Positions 30,040 through 40,527 of a stretch of DNA of 64,000 bases are shown here, one piece after another. Origin of the DNA: an uncultured Gemmatimonadales bacterium (GTDB lineage Bacteria > Gemmatimonadota > Gemmatimonadetes > Gemmatimonadales > Gemmatimonadaceae); NCBI GenBank assembly GCA_963793305.1, contig CAWBZV010000002.1, forward strand, positions 800,001 through 864,000, in the 5' to 3' direction. The position numbers and the translations under genes are program-made. The stretch's first letter is position 1, and each line of letters begins with the position of its first letter. The notes beneath the pieces are model-generated. The model saw only the letters and a list, made by a program, of their open reading frames with translations, had not been told where the DNA came from and ran no database searches.

Positions 30040-30714
30040 CTAGATCGGGTACGGCGCCCACCGCCGTCGCCGGCCTCTGTACTCCTCCGCTGCGTACCAA
30101 CGCAGGTCGCTCACTCCAGGCATCGACCGGAGTGCGTCGTCCACTAAATCACCAGTGTGCGCCATCGTCGGGTGGTAGCGCCGTGAAACCATCGCCAGCC
30201 AGCGGCCTGCGCCGTCTTCTGACCGTCGAACCGTTACGTCGACATCGGTCTTGGCGCCATACGCATACGTGATACGGGTGGCGGCGCTCCGTGTGACCGT
30301 GATGTACGATGTGCTAGCAGCGAGCGCCGCGGCAATGGATTCAAGGACGCTCTGCGCATCGCGTCCGTCCAGTTGGAATGTGACGTGCGTGCGCGGAACG
30401 ACATTTTGGGCGCGAACCGGATGGTCGCACTGGCCGGCTGCACTGACGGCTGCCGCGCGCTGCAAAATGACGGGATCGGTTCCGGCATAGCGCACCGCGC
30501 CGACGCAGCAGACGGCCATCGCCCGAAGGGCGTGGTACGTGTCATTGGCGTTCTCTGGTTGCCGATAGAAGTAGCAACTGCCGTGCTCCTCGTCGTGTCG
30601 GATCAACGATGGCGCCTCGGCCTCAGGGGCGCCGCAGGTGATGCATTCGTCCTTCGCGACATAGAAGGGACCGGGCACGTTGCTGGGTGTACGTGGATGT
30701 TCGGTCACAGACAT
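30040..30714 (-). CDS. Single-cluster ferredoxin domain fused to an unknown C-terminal domain
   Basis: NVPGPFYV..CITCGAP..AP...RQP...CCVGAV (Fer4_13-like); ATG30714. Confidence 0.75.
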   Translation of the reverse strand: MSVTEHPRTPSNVPGPFYVAKDECITCGAPEAEAPSLIRHDEEHGSCYFYRQPENANDTYHALRAMAVCCVGAVRYAGTDPVILQRAAAVSAAGQCDHPVRAQNVVPRTHVTFQLDGRDAQSVLESIAAALAASTSYITVTRSAATRITYAYGAKTDVDVTVRRSEDGAGRWLAMVSRRYHPTMAHTGDLVDDALRSMPGVSDLRWYAAEEYRGRRRRWAPYPI

Positions 30715-30759
30715 ATATCGCAATTTGACAGCGGGTGAGCACAGCGCGATAGTCATCGT

Positions 30760-31521
30760 ATGACCTCCACGATGCCCCGCCGCGGCCTCCCGCTGATCGT
30801 CGCCGTCGGCCTGTTCATTACGCTGCTCGGCGTGATCGCCGAGATGGTGTCCGGATTCGGATACCGCTTCCACCTGTGGGACCTCGGCGTCGCCTTCCGG
30901 ATCTTCGTCTACGGATCATGGGTCGCGGCGGCCGGCGGCGTGCTGTGCCTCCTGGCCGCGCTCGCCACGCGGCCCGGTACGGGGCGGCGCGGGTTCGGCA
31001 TGTCGGTGCTCGGCGTGCTCATCGCGATCGCCGGATTTGGCACGGTCATGCAATGGAAGGCGAGAGCCGAGAAAGTGCCGCCGATTCACGACATCTCCAC
31101 GGATCTCGCGAACCCACCAGCGTTCGTCGCCGTCCTTCCGCTCCGCGCCGCGGCGCCAAACAAGGCGGTGTACGATACCGCGGCCGCCGACTCGGTCGCC
31201 GAGAAGCAACGGCGTGGCTATCCCGACCTCGGGCCGGTGATGCTCCCGGTGCCTCCGGGCGCGGCGTTCCATGTCGCCCTGGCGGCGGCGCGCGACATGG
31301 GTTGGGCGATCGTCGCGGCCGACTCGGCGTCCGGCCGCATTGAGGCGACGGCCACCACGACGTGGTTCGGATTCAAGGACGACGTCGTCGTGCGCATTGG
31401 TCCCGATCCAAAGGGCAGCCGTGTGGACGTGCGGTCGGAGTCCCGCGTTGGCGGGAGCGACGTTGGAACGAATGCGGCTCGGATCAAGAAGTACGAGCAG
31501 CGCCTTACGGCGCGAGTGTAG
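30760..31521 (+). CDS. DUF1499 domain membrane protein
   Basis: PPIHDISTD, QRRGYPDL, IEATATTTWFGFKDDVVVRI, RSESRVGGSDVGTNAARI. Confidence 0.92.
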   Translation: MTSTMPRRGLPLIVAVGLFITLLGVIAEMVSGFGYRFHLWDLGVAFRIFVYGSWVAAAGGVLCLLAALATRPGTGRRGFGMSVLGVLIAIAGFGTVMQWKARAEKVPPIHDISTDLANPPAFVAVLPLRAAAPNKAVYDTAAADSVAEKQRRGYPDLGPVMLPVPPGAAFHVALAAARDMGWAIVAADSASGRIEATATTTWFGFKDDVVVRIGPDPKGSRVDVRSESRVGGSDVGTNAARIKKYEQRLTARV

Positions 31522-32341
31522 CCTCGACAAATCGTACGACTTCGTTCGTCAGTCGCTGGGCGAACCGTCCCAAGTCCGCCGAATGTACGACGCCAATGAC
31601 GGGATAGCCGCCAACGGTGGGCCCATCCGCCATCAGCACGATCGGATGCCCCTCGGCCGTAATCTGAATCGCGCCTGGACACACGGGCTCCGACAAGCGC
31701 GTGCCCCACTCGCCGCCCGTGAGGGGATCTCCATCGAGCCGGTATCCCATGCGGTCGGACGCCTGGGCGACCTTGTACTCCGTCGCCAGCAATTGCTCGC
31801 GGTGCGCATCGGTGAATGCCGCCCGGTTCGGGCCGAATATCACGCGGATCGCGTCGCTCTCGAACGCCGGCGGTGTCCACGCCGTCGGCGCCGAGGCGCT
31901 GCTCGGGCCCACCGGGATCTCGTCGCCCGCGCGAAGGATGCGCCCTTTGTAGCCGCCGAATGCGCCGGGGAGATACGTCGACCGACTCCCGAGGACCAAC
32001 GGCACATCAATGCCACCTTCGATCGCAACATAAATGAAGCGTCCAAAGAAGTGGATCGGTGGCGCAAGCGCGACCGAGTCGCCGACTCGCGCCGTCATGG
32101 GCCGCGGCGCGCGGACGGCGCCCGTGACGACGTATTGGAGTGTGCGCCGGAAGATCAACGATCCGCCGCCGAGCGCCCACTCGATCACCGCCGCGTCGGG
32201 AGGGTTGCCGACGAGGAAGTTGGCGAGGCGCATCGAGTCCGGGTCCATTGCGCCGGAGACTGGTACCCCAGAGGCACGATGGCCGAACCGACCTAGGTCC
32301 TGCACCGTGGCAAACGGTGGCGCGGTCAAGATCTCGATCAT
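31505..32341 (-). CDS. pxpC: 5-oxoprolinase subunit C (allophanate hydrolase subunit 2)
   Basis: TVQDLGRFG, GSRSTY, SDRMGYRL, GAIQI, TVGGYP. Confidence 0.92.
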   Translation of the reverse strand: MIEILTAPPFATVQDLGRFGHRASGVPVSGAMDPDSMRLANFLVGNPPDAAVIEWALGGGSLIFRRTLQYVVTGAVRAPRPMTARVGDSVALAPPIHFFGRFIYVAIEGGIDVPLVLGSRSTYLPGAFGGYKGRILRAGDEIPVGPSSASAPTAWTPPAFESDAIRVIFGPNRAAFTDAHREQLLATEYKVAQASDRMGYRLDGDPLTGGEWGTRLSEPVCPGAIQITAEGHPIVLMADGPTVGGYPVIGVVHSADLGRFAQRLTNEVVRFVEATLAP

Positions 32342-32962
32342 TCGGATGATGGGACGAAGCGAACGCGATCGCCGGCCGCGAGCGTGGCCGGCGGATTGGC
32401 CTGCGGGTCGAACATCGGCATGCTGGTCTGGCCGATCAAGTGCCAGCCGCCGGCCGTCTGGAGGGGATAGACCCCGGTCTGACGTCCGGCAATGGCGACC
32501 GAGCCGGCCGGCACGCGCGTGCGCGGCTGATCGCGCCGCGGAAGCTCGAGCGCGGGATCGAGCTCGCCCAGGTAGGCGAAACCTGGCACGAAGCCAATGA
32601 GATAGACCGTGTACACGCGCGAGTGATGAAGCTCAATCACCCGCGCCACGGTCATCCCGGTCCTGTCGGCGACGTCCTGCAGGTCCGCGCCGTCATAGCG
32701 CACCGGTATGACGTGCTCCGGACCGGCGGCTGGCTCCGCGTTCGCCGTCGCTATCACTGGCTCGACCGCCGAACGCATTGAATGCGTAGTCGGCCTCATA
32801 GAAAACAGTCACCGTGGCGTATGCCGGCACGGCCTCGCGCACGCCTGATATCCCGCGGAGGCGGGCGGCGAGTCCGCGCGCCAGCGCGGCGAGTCCGGCG
32901 TCCATCCGATCGCCGAGGCGAATCGTCAGCGCGCGATCACCCAGTGGCTCGATATCAGGCAT
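32338..32962 (-). CDS. pxpB: 5-oxoprolinase subunit B, +1 frameshift at ~32782
   Basis: MPDIEPLGDRAL...VPAYATVTVFY in one frame; GFVPGFAYLG...GVYP..TAGGWHLIG in the other. Confidence 0.9.
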
Positions 32963-33710
32963 TGGCAAATGGACGCAGTGTGAGGCCATGTTCGGTGAGC
33001 GCGCGGCGCACGGCGCGGACGATCTCCAGCGCTCCCGGCGTATCCCCATGGACGCAGAGCGAATCGGCGTGCAATCGAATCGTCGAGCCATCGAGTGTTT
33101 CGACGTCGCCCACCGTCATCATGCGTACCGCCCGCGAGGCGACGACCGCGGGGTCGGTCAGGACCGAACCGGGGATGGAGCGAGAGACGAGGGAGCCGTC
33201 GGCCGCGTAGGCGCGGTCCGCGAACGCCTCTCGAGCCGCGACCAAGCCGGCGTCTCGCGCGACGTCGAGCATGAGGCTCCCCGCGAGGCAGAGCAGCACA
33301 AGCAATGGATCGGCGAGCCGGACGGCCTCGGCGATCGCCTTGGCAGCCGCCACGTCCTTGGCCGCGCGATTGTACAGCGCGCCATGCGCCTTCACGTACC
33401 GAACGCGCGTGCCGGCAGCATGACAGACCGCCTGCAGGGCGCCGATTTGATAGAGCACGTCGGCCGTGATCTCGGCCGGCGACGCCGCCAGATCGCGCCG
33501 CCCAAATCCGCGAGGGTCGGGGTAGCCGGGATGGGCGCCGACGACGATGCCGGCGCGGACGGCCGCATCGACCGTGGCCCGCATGGTCATGGGGTCGCCG
33601 GCGTGAAAGCCGCAGGCGACATTCGCCGAGGTCACGAGACCGGCGAGTGTCGCGTCGTTCCCTTGAACCTCACCCATGTCCGCGTTGAGGTCGACGGTGC
33701 GCCTGGGCAT
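32955..33710 (-). CDS. pxpA: 5-oxoprolinase subunit A (LamB/YcsF)
   Basis: DLNADMGE, SANVACGFHAGD, GAHPGYPD, VKAHGALYN, CVHGDTP. Confidence 0.95.
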   Translation of the reverse strand: MPRRTVDLNADMGEVQGNDATLAGLVTSANVACGFHAGDPMTMRATVDAAVRAGIVVGAHPGYPDPRGFGRRDLAASPAEITADVLYQIGALQAVCHAAGTRVRYVKAHGALYNRAAKDVAAAKAIAEAVRLADPLLVLLCLAGSLMLDVARDAGLVAAREAFADRAYAADGSLVSRSIPGSVLTDPAVVASRAVRMMTVGDVETLDGSTIRLHADSLCVHGDTPGALEIVRAVRRALTEHGLTLRPFANA

Positions 33711-33730
33711 GGTGAAGCATATCATAGGGC

Positions 33731-34987
33731 ATGCGATATCTCACAGTCGGTTGCTTGCTCGCCCTATCCGGCGCACTGCGGGCACAGGATACCACGACCT
33801 ACGTGCTCCGCCCGACCGCGGTGTTCGACGGCGTGGCCATGCATCCCGGTTGGTCCGTGCGCGTGCACGGGAACACCATCGTCGCCGCGGGCCCCACGGT
33901 CGACGCGGCTGGCGCGACCGTCATCACGCTGAGCGGCGCGACGGTCCTGCCAGGGCTCATCGACGCGCACTCGCATGTGTTCTTGCATCCGTACAATGAG
34001 ACCTTGTGGAATGACCAAGTGCTCAAGGAGCCATTGGTCCTTCGTGCTGCCCGGGCCGTCATGCACGCTCAGCGGACGCTCATGGCCGGGTTCACGACGC
34101 TACGGGATCTCGGGACCGAGGGCGCCCTCGACGGCGACGTCGCCATCAAGCAGGCGATCGAGCAAGGCATCATCCCAGGGCCACGTATGATCGTCGTCAC
34201 ACGCGCGATCGTCGCGACCGGTGCGTACGGACCGCCACGGTGGGCCTACTCGTTCGATCCGCCGCAGGGAGCGCAAGAGGCCGATCTCGCCACCATTCAG
34301 CACGTCGTGCGCGAGCAGATCGGGCACGGCGCCGATTGGGTCAAGCTGTACGCCGACTATCGCGTCGGCATGCATGGCGAGGAGGTCGCGACGTTTACGC
34401 AGGAGGAAATGACGCTGGCGACGAAAACGGCGCACGAGTACGGGCGACCCGTCGCGGTGCACGCGCAGACGGCCAATGGGATGCGACACGCCATCAACGC
34501 CGGCGTCGAGACCATCGAGCACGGCGACGGCGGTACACCCGACGTATTCCGCGAGATGGCCGCGAAGCACATTCCGTTGTGCCCGACGCTCGCGGCCGGC
34601 GAGGCCTACGCGCAGTACTTCCAGCACTGGCACAAAGGGGTCGATCCGGAGCCCGCGTCGGTCAAAGCCAAGCGGCAGAGCTTCAAGGCGGCGCTCGATG
34701 CCGGCGTGACGATTTGCAACGGCAGCGACGTGGGCGTCTTCGCGCACGGCGAGAATGCGCGCGAGGTCGAGCTGCTCGTCGATTACGGCATGACGCCCAT
34801 CGACGCCCTGCGCTCGGCAACGTCGATCGACGCGGACATTCTCAAGATGGGCGACAAGATCGGCAAGGTCACGCCGGGGCTCAAGGCCGATCTCATCGCC
34901 GTGAGCGGCGATCCCACGAAGGAGATCGCCGCTATCCGGCGGGTCGTGCTCGTGATGAAAGACGGCGTGATCTACAAGAAGCCGTAG
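33731..34987 (+). CDS. Secreted amidohydrolase (Xaa-Pro dipeptidase/prolidase-like)
   Basis: Signal peptide; PGLIDAHSH, VKLY, VAVHA, IEHG, NGSD. Confidence 0.92.
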   Translation: MRYLTVGCLLALSGALRAQDTTTYVLRPTAVFDGVAMHPGWSVRVHGNTIVAAGPTVDAAGATVITLSGATVLPGLIDAHSHVFLHPYNETLWNDQVLKEPLVLRAARAVMHAQRTLMAGFTTLRDLGTEGALDGDVAIKQAIEQGIIPGPRMIVVTRAIVATGAYGPPRWAYSFDPPQGAQEADLATIQHVVREQIGHGADWVKLYADYRVGMHGEEVATFTQEEMTLATKTAHEYGRPVAVHAQTANGMRHAINAGVETIEHGDGGTPDVFREMAAKHIPLCPTLAAGEAYAQYFQHWHKGVDPEPASVKAKRQSFKAALDAGVTICNGSDVGVFAHGENAREVELLVDYGMTPIDALRSATSIDADILKMGDKIGKVTPGLKADLIAVSGDPTKEIAAIRRVVLVMKDGVIYKKP

Positions 34988-34988
34988 C

Positions 34989-36467
34989 CTACCTGAGCCC
35001 CATTGCCAGCACGATGTAGAAGCCGGCGGCGAACGTCGCGGCGCCGAGGAAGACGCAGACCGGCAAGGTGAGCACCCAGGCGAGCAGCAGGTTCCGCAGG
35101 GTGTCCATCTGCAGACCCGATCGATTCGCGGCCATCGTTCCGGCGACTCCGGACGACAGCACGTGGGTCGTCGAGACGGGGAGGCCGAAGTAGTCGGCGG
35201 CGCCGATCGTGCACATCGCGACCAGCTCGGCCGACGCGCCTTGCGCATACGTCAGGTGGCTCTTGCCGATCTTCTCGCCGACGGTGACGACGATGCGCTT
35301 CCACCCGATCATCGTGCCGAGACCGAGCGCGACCGCGACCGCGACTTTCACCCAGTTGGGGATGAACTTCGTCGCGTGCTCCATCCCTTTCTTGAGATCG
35401 ACGAGCTGCTTCTTCTCGGTGGAGTCCGGCAGCTTCTTCTGCTTGACGAGCTTGTCGATCGAGCTCTGCACGAGATACATCTCGGTGCGCACCGTCTTGC
35501 GATCGTCGCGCGAGAGATCGGCGAACTTCGTCTTGCCCTGCAGCTGACCGACGAGGATGTTGTTCTCCTCGGCGAGCGCGGCGAACGTCGTATCGCTCGC
35601 CTTCCCGCTCGTCTTGAGGAACGCCGAGAGCGCCTCGGCCGCCGCTTGCGGAGTAATCGGATCGCCGGGAGCGTGCTTCTGGAGCACCGGCTGAGACGCC
35701 TGAGCGTTCGCGACGATAGCGGAAATGTCCTTCTGGTTGTCGGCGGAGTTGAGCGCGTACGTGGCGGGGAGGATGCCGATCAAGATCAGCATGATGAGTC
35801 CCATGCCCTTCTGCCCGTCGTTCGAGCCGTGGGCGAAGCTCACACCCGTGCACGTCAGAATCAGCAAGCCACGAATCCAGTGCGGCGGGCCCTTTTCCGG
35901 ATCAGGCGGAGCATACAGCTCGGGACGTTTGATCAACGCCTTCGCGAGTAAGAGCAAGAGACCAGCGCAGCAGAATCCGACGACCGGCGAGATGAGCAGC
36001 GAGCTCCCGACCTCTTCCGCCTTCGCCCAGTTCACGCCTTCGCCGAAGACGTGCGACGACAGCATCGAGTTCGCGATGCCCACGCCCATGATCGAGCCGA
36101 TCAGCGTGTGCGAGCTCGACGCCGGCAGACCGAGGTACCAGGTGCCGAGGTTCCACAGAATCGCGGATATCAGCAGGGCGAATACCATTGCCCAACCCGC
36201 GCCCGAGCCGACGTTGATCACCAGCTCCACCGGCAACAACGCCACCACGGCAAATGCCACCGCGCCTGTCGACACGAGCACGCCGGTGAGGTTCCACAGT
36301 CCCGACCAGATGACCGCGATCCACGGCTTGAGCGAGTGCGTGTAGATGACCGTCGCGACCGCGTTCGCGGTGTCGTGAAAGCCGTTCACAAATTCGAAGC
36401 TCAGGGCCAACCCCAGCGCGAGCATCAGGAACAGCCCAGTCACCATCGAAATCGGTTCGCCAAACAC
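34989..36467 (-). CDS. pitA: Inorganic phosphate transporter (PiT family)
   Basis: NGFHDTANAVAT, PASSSH, HGSNDGQK, PVSTTH. Confidence 0.95.
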   Translation of the reverse strand: MFGEPISMVTGLFLMLALGLALSFEFVNGFHDTANAVATVIYTHSLKPWIAVIWSGLWNLTGVLVSTGAVAFAVVALLPVELVINVGSGAGWAMVFALLISAILWNLGTWYLGLPASSSHTLIGSIMGVGIANSMLSSHVFGEGVNWAKAEEVGSSLLISPVVGFCCAGLLLLLAKALIKRPELYAPPDPEKGPPHWIRGLLILTCTGVSFAHGSNDGQKGMGLIMLILIGILPATYALNSADNQKDISAIVANAQASQPVLQKHAPGDPITPQAAAEALSAFLKTSGKASDTTFAALAEENNILVGQLQGKTKFADLSRDDRKTVRTEMYLVQSSIDKLVKQKKLPDSTEKKQLVDLKKGMEHATKFIPNWVKVAVAVALGLGTMIGWKRIVVTVGEKIGKSHLTYAQGASAELVAMCTIGAADYFGLPVSTTHVLSSGVAGTMAANRSGLQMDTLRNLLLAWVLTLPVCVFLGAATFAAGFYIVLAMGLR

Positions 36468-36527
36468 GAAACCCCCTGTCAGTTATGCGTAGCGCTGCGT
36501 TCTCTAGCGGAGCACTAGGTTCGGCGT

Positions 36528-36559
36528 AGAAAGGCCGCGCCACCAGCAGTGGCGCGGCC
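36528..36559 (-). terminator. Putative intrinsic terminator after the DUF2723 gene
   Basis: 11-bp perfect stem GGCCGCGCCAC/GTGGCGCGGCC (36533-36559), followed by TTTCT on the minus strand. Confidence 0.6.
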
Positions 36560-36587
36560 CGTTACAAAACTGAAACGCCGATCTGAC

Positions 36588-38970
36588 CTAGCGCCGAGCC
36601 GGGGGTGCCGGTGTGGGCGTGCGGCGTGGACCCGGGAGCGTGATGCCAGTATCGCCAAATGGAGTTGGCGGTGGCGGCGCGGCTGGCGCAGGTCCAAGGA
36701 GCTCATTCAAGTGCGAGGCCTTGGCGACGTTCTGCGCGGTCTCGAACACCGTATGTGCGTCCTTGGTGTCGCCCGTTTGCGTCAATGCCTCAGCAAGGAA
36801 ATATCCGTTCATGACGTACAGCGCGGGAATGTTTACCGACGGCTTGTCGATCCAGTCGCCGCGCTTGATCAGCGACTTCGGCGCCTCGAAATCCTGTTGC
36901 CAGAGCGCAAGCGACCGGTTGACGTCGAACCAGCCCTCGCCGGGCACGTTGATCGTGTCCTTGGTCGTCTTTGGTACGGTTGGCAGGATCTTCCGGGCAA
37001 GACCCTGGCTCAGCAGGTAGTCTTGCAGTCCCAGCTGCCGGCCGTAGTTGCCCGACGTGCTGCTCAAGTAGACCGTTCGGGTGTCATTGTCGAGGATGAG
37101 ACGCAACACAAACACGTCGGCGCGCTCGAGCAACCCGTGCTGGAGGTTGCGCGGGTCGATCGTCGCGACGATGTCGGTGCCGGCTTTCTTGAAGATCTGC
37201 GGGCCCGGCAGCTCGACCGCGAGCGGGACGGCGTCGGCGTCGGCGATAGACATCTTGAGCACGGAACCCGTCGGCTTGGGCCATGCATGCCCGCGATAGA
37301 CCGCTGGGCCCTTGAGCGAGTCGTACGTGTACACGGGCCGGCGGATCATCTGGCGGGTGAACCAGTCGGTATTGAGGAGCGAGGTATTCGCGATGATGAC
37401 GTCCTTGCGAATCCCCTCGACCTCCTGGGCATACCACAAGGGGAACGTGTCGTTGTCACCGACCGTCACCAATACACCGTAGGGTTCAACGGAGTCGAGC
37501 AAATCGTGCGCGAAGTCGCGCGTGTCCGTCTGATGCGCGCGTGATGCCGCGTGCCAGTTCGTGAACAGCGGGATACACGCGATCGCGAAGACTGGCGTCG
37601 TCACGAGCCAGCTGAACTTCTTGGGCACGGCGCCCGCGCCGCGCGGGCCGGGTTCCGTGCCGACGATGGTGGCGACGGATTCCCACAAGAACACGAGGCC
37701 GAGGGCGGCCCACACGCTCCACGCCGAGTAGCTCCACAAGTAGAAGTAGTCTCGGTCACGCACCTCTCGTGCGACCGAGTCCCCGAGCTCCGGCGACTCC
37801 GAGTACCCGTACTTGAAGTTCAGGTACACGATGAGCGCGATCGTCACCGTGAAGATGAGTGGCCCGAAGAACCAGAAACTTCGTCGGTCATACTTCCAAT
37901 GGGTGTAGGCCCCCAACAGACCGAGGAAGAAGAACGTCACCGCCAGCGCGGCTTGCCATCCCTGATTCTGGTCGTGCGGATCACGGATCCACTGCCACTT
38001 GAAGTAGAGCCACCACATGTTGACCTGGGCCGGGAACGGCGCCTGCCGGTCGCTCACGTCGGGCTTGCCGTACTGCACGCGGTTGACGTTGTCCATCAAC
38101 CGTTGATAGGTGACTTTGTCGAACGTGCACTTCGCCGTGATGGTGGTCGTGCAGGCCGTGGGCTCGCCTTCGTTGATCGCCGGGAAGTGCGCGGCGCGGA
38201 GCGGCTCGAAGATGAACGGCGTGAGCCCGATCCCGGCCGCCACGACGCACGAGAGGATCAGCTGCCAGCGGATCAGCGTTTTCGGCCGGCGCACGAGCAC
38301 GGCCACGACAACCGCCGGCGCGACGAGGAACCCGGCCGGGTGGTTCGCGTATCCGAGCCCGCAGAGATACGCGCAGAGCACGAGCAGCCGGTCAGCCTTG
38401 GGACCGTCCGGGTCATCGCACCAACGGACCGTGAGCCACGCGACGATGGCGAAGAACAACAGCGCGACCGTGTACACCTTCTCGTTCACGACCGATTGGT
38501 TCCAGACCGTGAATGCCGTCGCGCCAATGAGCACCGCGGCGGACGCGCCGAGGATGCGCTGCCAACGGTAGGGCAGCCAACTGGCGAGCACGCGCTCCGT
38601 GATGAGGAACCACATGCCGGCCGAGGCGGCGCTGCAGGCGGCTGCCAGGAGGTTGATGCGGGAGGCGAAGTTCGGCCCGATCGGGAGGATGCCGATCGTG
38701 TGGCCGAGGATCACGAAGAACGGGTTGCCCGGCGGGTGGGGAATGCCGAGGACGTACGCGGCCGCAATGTACTCGCTCGTGTCCCACATCGCCGTCGACG
38801 GCGCGAGCGTGAGGATATAGAGACCGAACACGAGGACAGCGGCGATCGCCGCCGCGCCGTACGACGGTCGCTCATCTATCTCAGCCGCGGCTGGGGCCCG
38901 CCGTGTGCTGGCGGAGGGACGGTAGTCGAACGTCCCGGGCCTTGCCGCTCTTGACGGTCGAAGATGCCAT
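36588..38970 (-). CDS. DUF2723 (TMEM260-like, GT-C fold) glycosyltransferase, +1 frameshift at ~38931
   Basis: WDTSEYIAAA..LGIPHPPGNP, REVRDRDYF, GDNDTFPLWY. ATG38970 (MASSTVKSGKARD) joins the main frame at GAC [G] TTC. Confidence 0.9.
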
Positions 38971-38992
38971 AGCCCAATAATTTGACACTCGG

Positions 38993-40526
38993 CTAGTGCC
39001 TGAACAACCGTCGCCCGGTCAGGATCATGGCGATCCCGTGCTCGTCGGCCGCCGCAATGACCTCGGCGTCCCGGACAGAGCCCCCGGGCTGGATCACGGC
39101 GCTGACGCCCGCCTGGGCTGCCTGGTCGACCCCGTCGCGGAACGGAAAGTAGGCGTCCGACCCCAACACCGCCCCGGCGGTCTCGAGGCCTGCCGCCCGG
39201 GCTTTGTGCACCGCCAGGAACGACGCGTCGACCCGCGACATCTGCCCGGCGCCGATGCCGATCGTGGCGCCGTCGCGGGCCAGGACAATGGCGTTGCTCT
39301 TCACGCTCGCCACGGTGCGCCAGGCGAACTCGAGATCCCTCCGCTCGGCCTCCGTGGGCGAGCGCTTGGTCACGACCTTCCACTCGTCGGAGACGGCCGG
39401 AGGCGCGACGCGATCCTGGACGAGGATGCCGCCGCGCACGCGCTTGATGTCGAGGCCCTTGGCGCCCCACGCCGCGCGGCCGGCGAGGATCCGCAGATTT
39501 TTCTTGCGGCCCAGCACCTCGATCGCGCCGTCGCTGAACGCCGGCGCCACGATGCACTCGACGAACAGTGAGGCGATCGCGTTCGCGGCCTCATCGTCGA
39601 CGATCGTCGTGAAGGCGATCACCGAGCCGAACGCCGAGACTGGGTCGGTGGCGAGCGCTTTCTTGTAGGCTTGCACCGCCGTCGCGCCGGTCGCCAGCCC
39701 GCTCGGCGTCGTGTGCTTGATGATCGCGCAGCACGTCTCACCCAAGAACGGCTCGATGGCCATGAGCGCGCCATCCAAGTCGAGCAGGTTGTTGAACGAC
39801 AGCTCCTTGCCGCCGAGCTGCTGCAGAGCGGCGAGGCCAGCGCCCGCGTGTTCGACGTAGTATGCCGCGTGCTGATCCGGGTTTTCGCCGTACCGAAGCG
39901 TCTGGGCTCGCTCGAATGCCAACGTCAGTCGCTCGGGGAACGCATCGCCGCGTCTGTTCCGCAAACCATTTCGCGACCGCCGCGTCATAGGCAGATGTGT
40001 GCTCGAACACTTTCTCGGCCAACCGCCTCCGCAGCGCGCCGTCCACTTGGTTGGCGCGAAGCGCGGCCAGGATGGCTCGATAGTCACCGGGGTCGACCAC
40101 GGGCAACACGTGCGCGAAATTCTTGGCGGCCGAGCGGAGCAGGGCAGGGCCACCGATGTCGATGCGCTCGATGACCTCATCGGGCGAGATCCCGGCCGTC
40201 GCTGCCGCGGCGGCGAATGCGTAGAGATTCACGACCACGAGATCGATCAGTCGAAACCCGGCGCGTGATACCTGTTCCATATGAGCGGGATCGTCCCGGC
40301 GCGCGAGAATGCCGCCATGGATCGCGGGATGCAGCGTCTTCACGCGACCATCGAGCATTTCCGCCAAGCCAGTCTCCTGGCTTACTTCGCGAACCGTGAG
40401 GCCGGCATCGCGCAGGAGCGAGGCCGTACCACCGGTGGAGATCAATTCCCATCCGAGATCGGCCAACCCGCGGGCGAAGTCGACGAGTCCGGTTTTGTCA
40501 GTGACCGACAGGAGCGCAATCGGCAT
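38993..40526 (-). CDS. purH: Bifunctional AICAR transformylase/IMP cyclohydrolase, +1 frameshift at ~39953
   Basis: [24 protein letters not shown]; then [28 protein letters not shown]. Confidence 0.95.
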
Positions 40527-40527
40527 G

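Noticed and set aside
36559..36576. Pho-box-like CCGTTACAAAACTGAAAC upstream of pitA
   Set aside because: Degenerate match, and it lies upstream of the putative terminator hairpin relative to pitA. It cannot be supported without a genome-wide motif model.
38971..39557. N-terminal ~200 aa of the 989-aa DUF2723 ORF
   Set aside because: It overlaps purH in another frame. The real start is probably ATG38970, joined via the frameshift.
38993..40526. purH, purN, pxpB and DUF2723 as genuine pseudogenes (purine auxotrophy)
   Set aside because: Each has only a single +1 indel with otherwise intact motifs. The pattern fits sequencing error better than decay.
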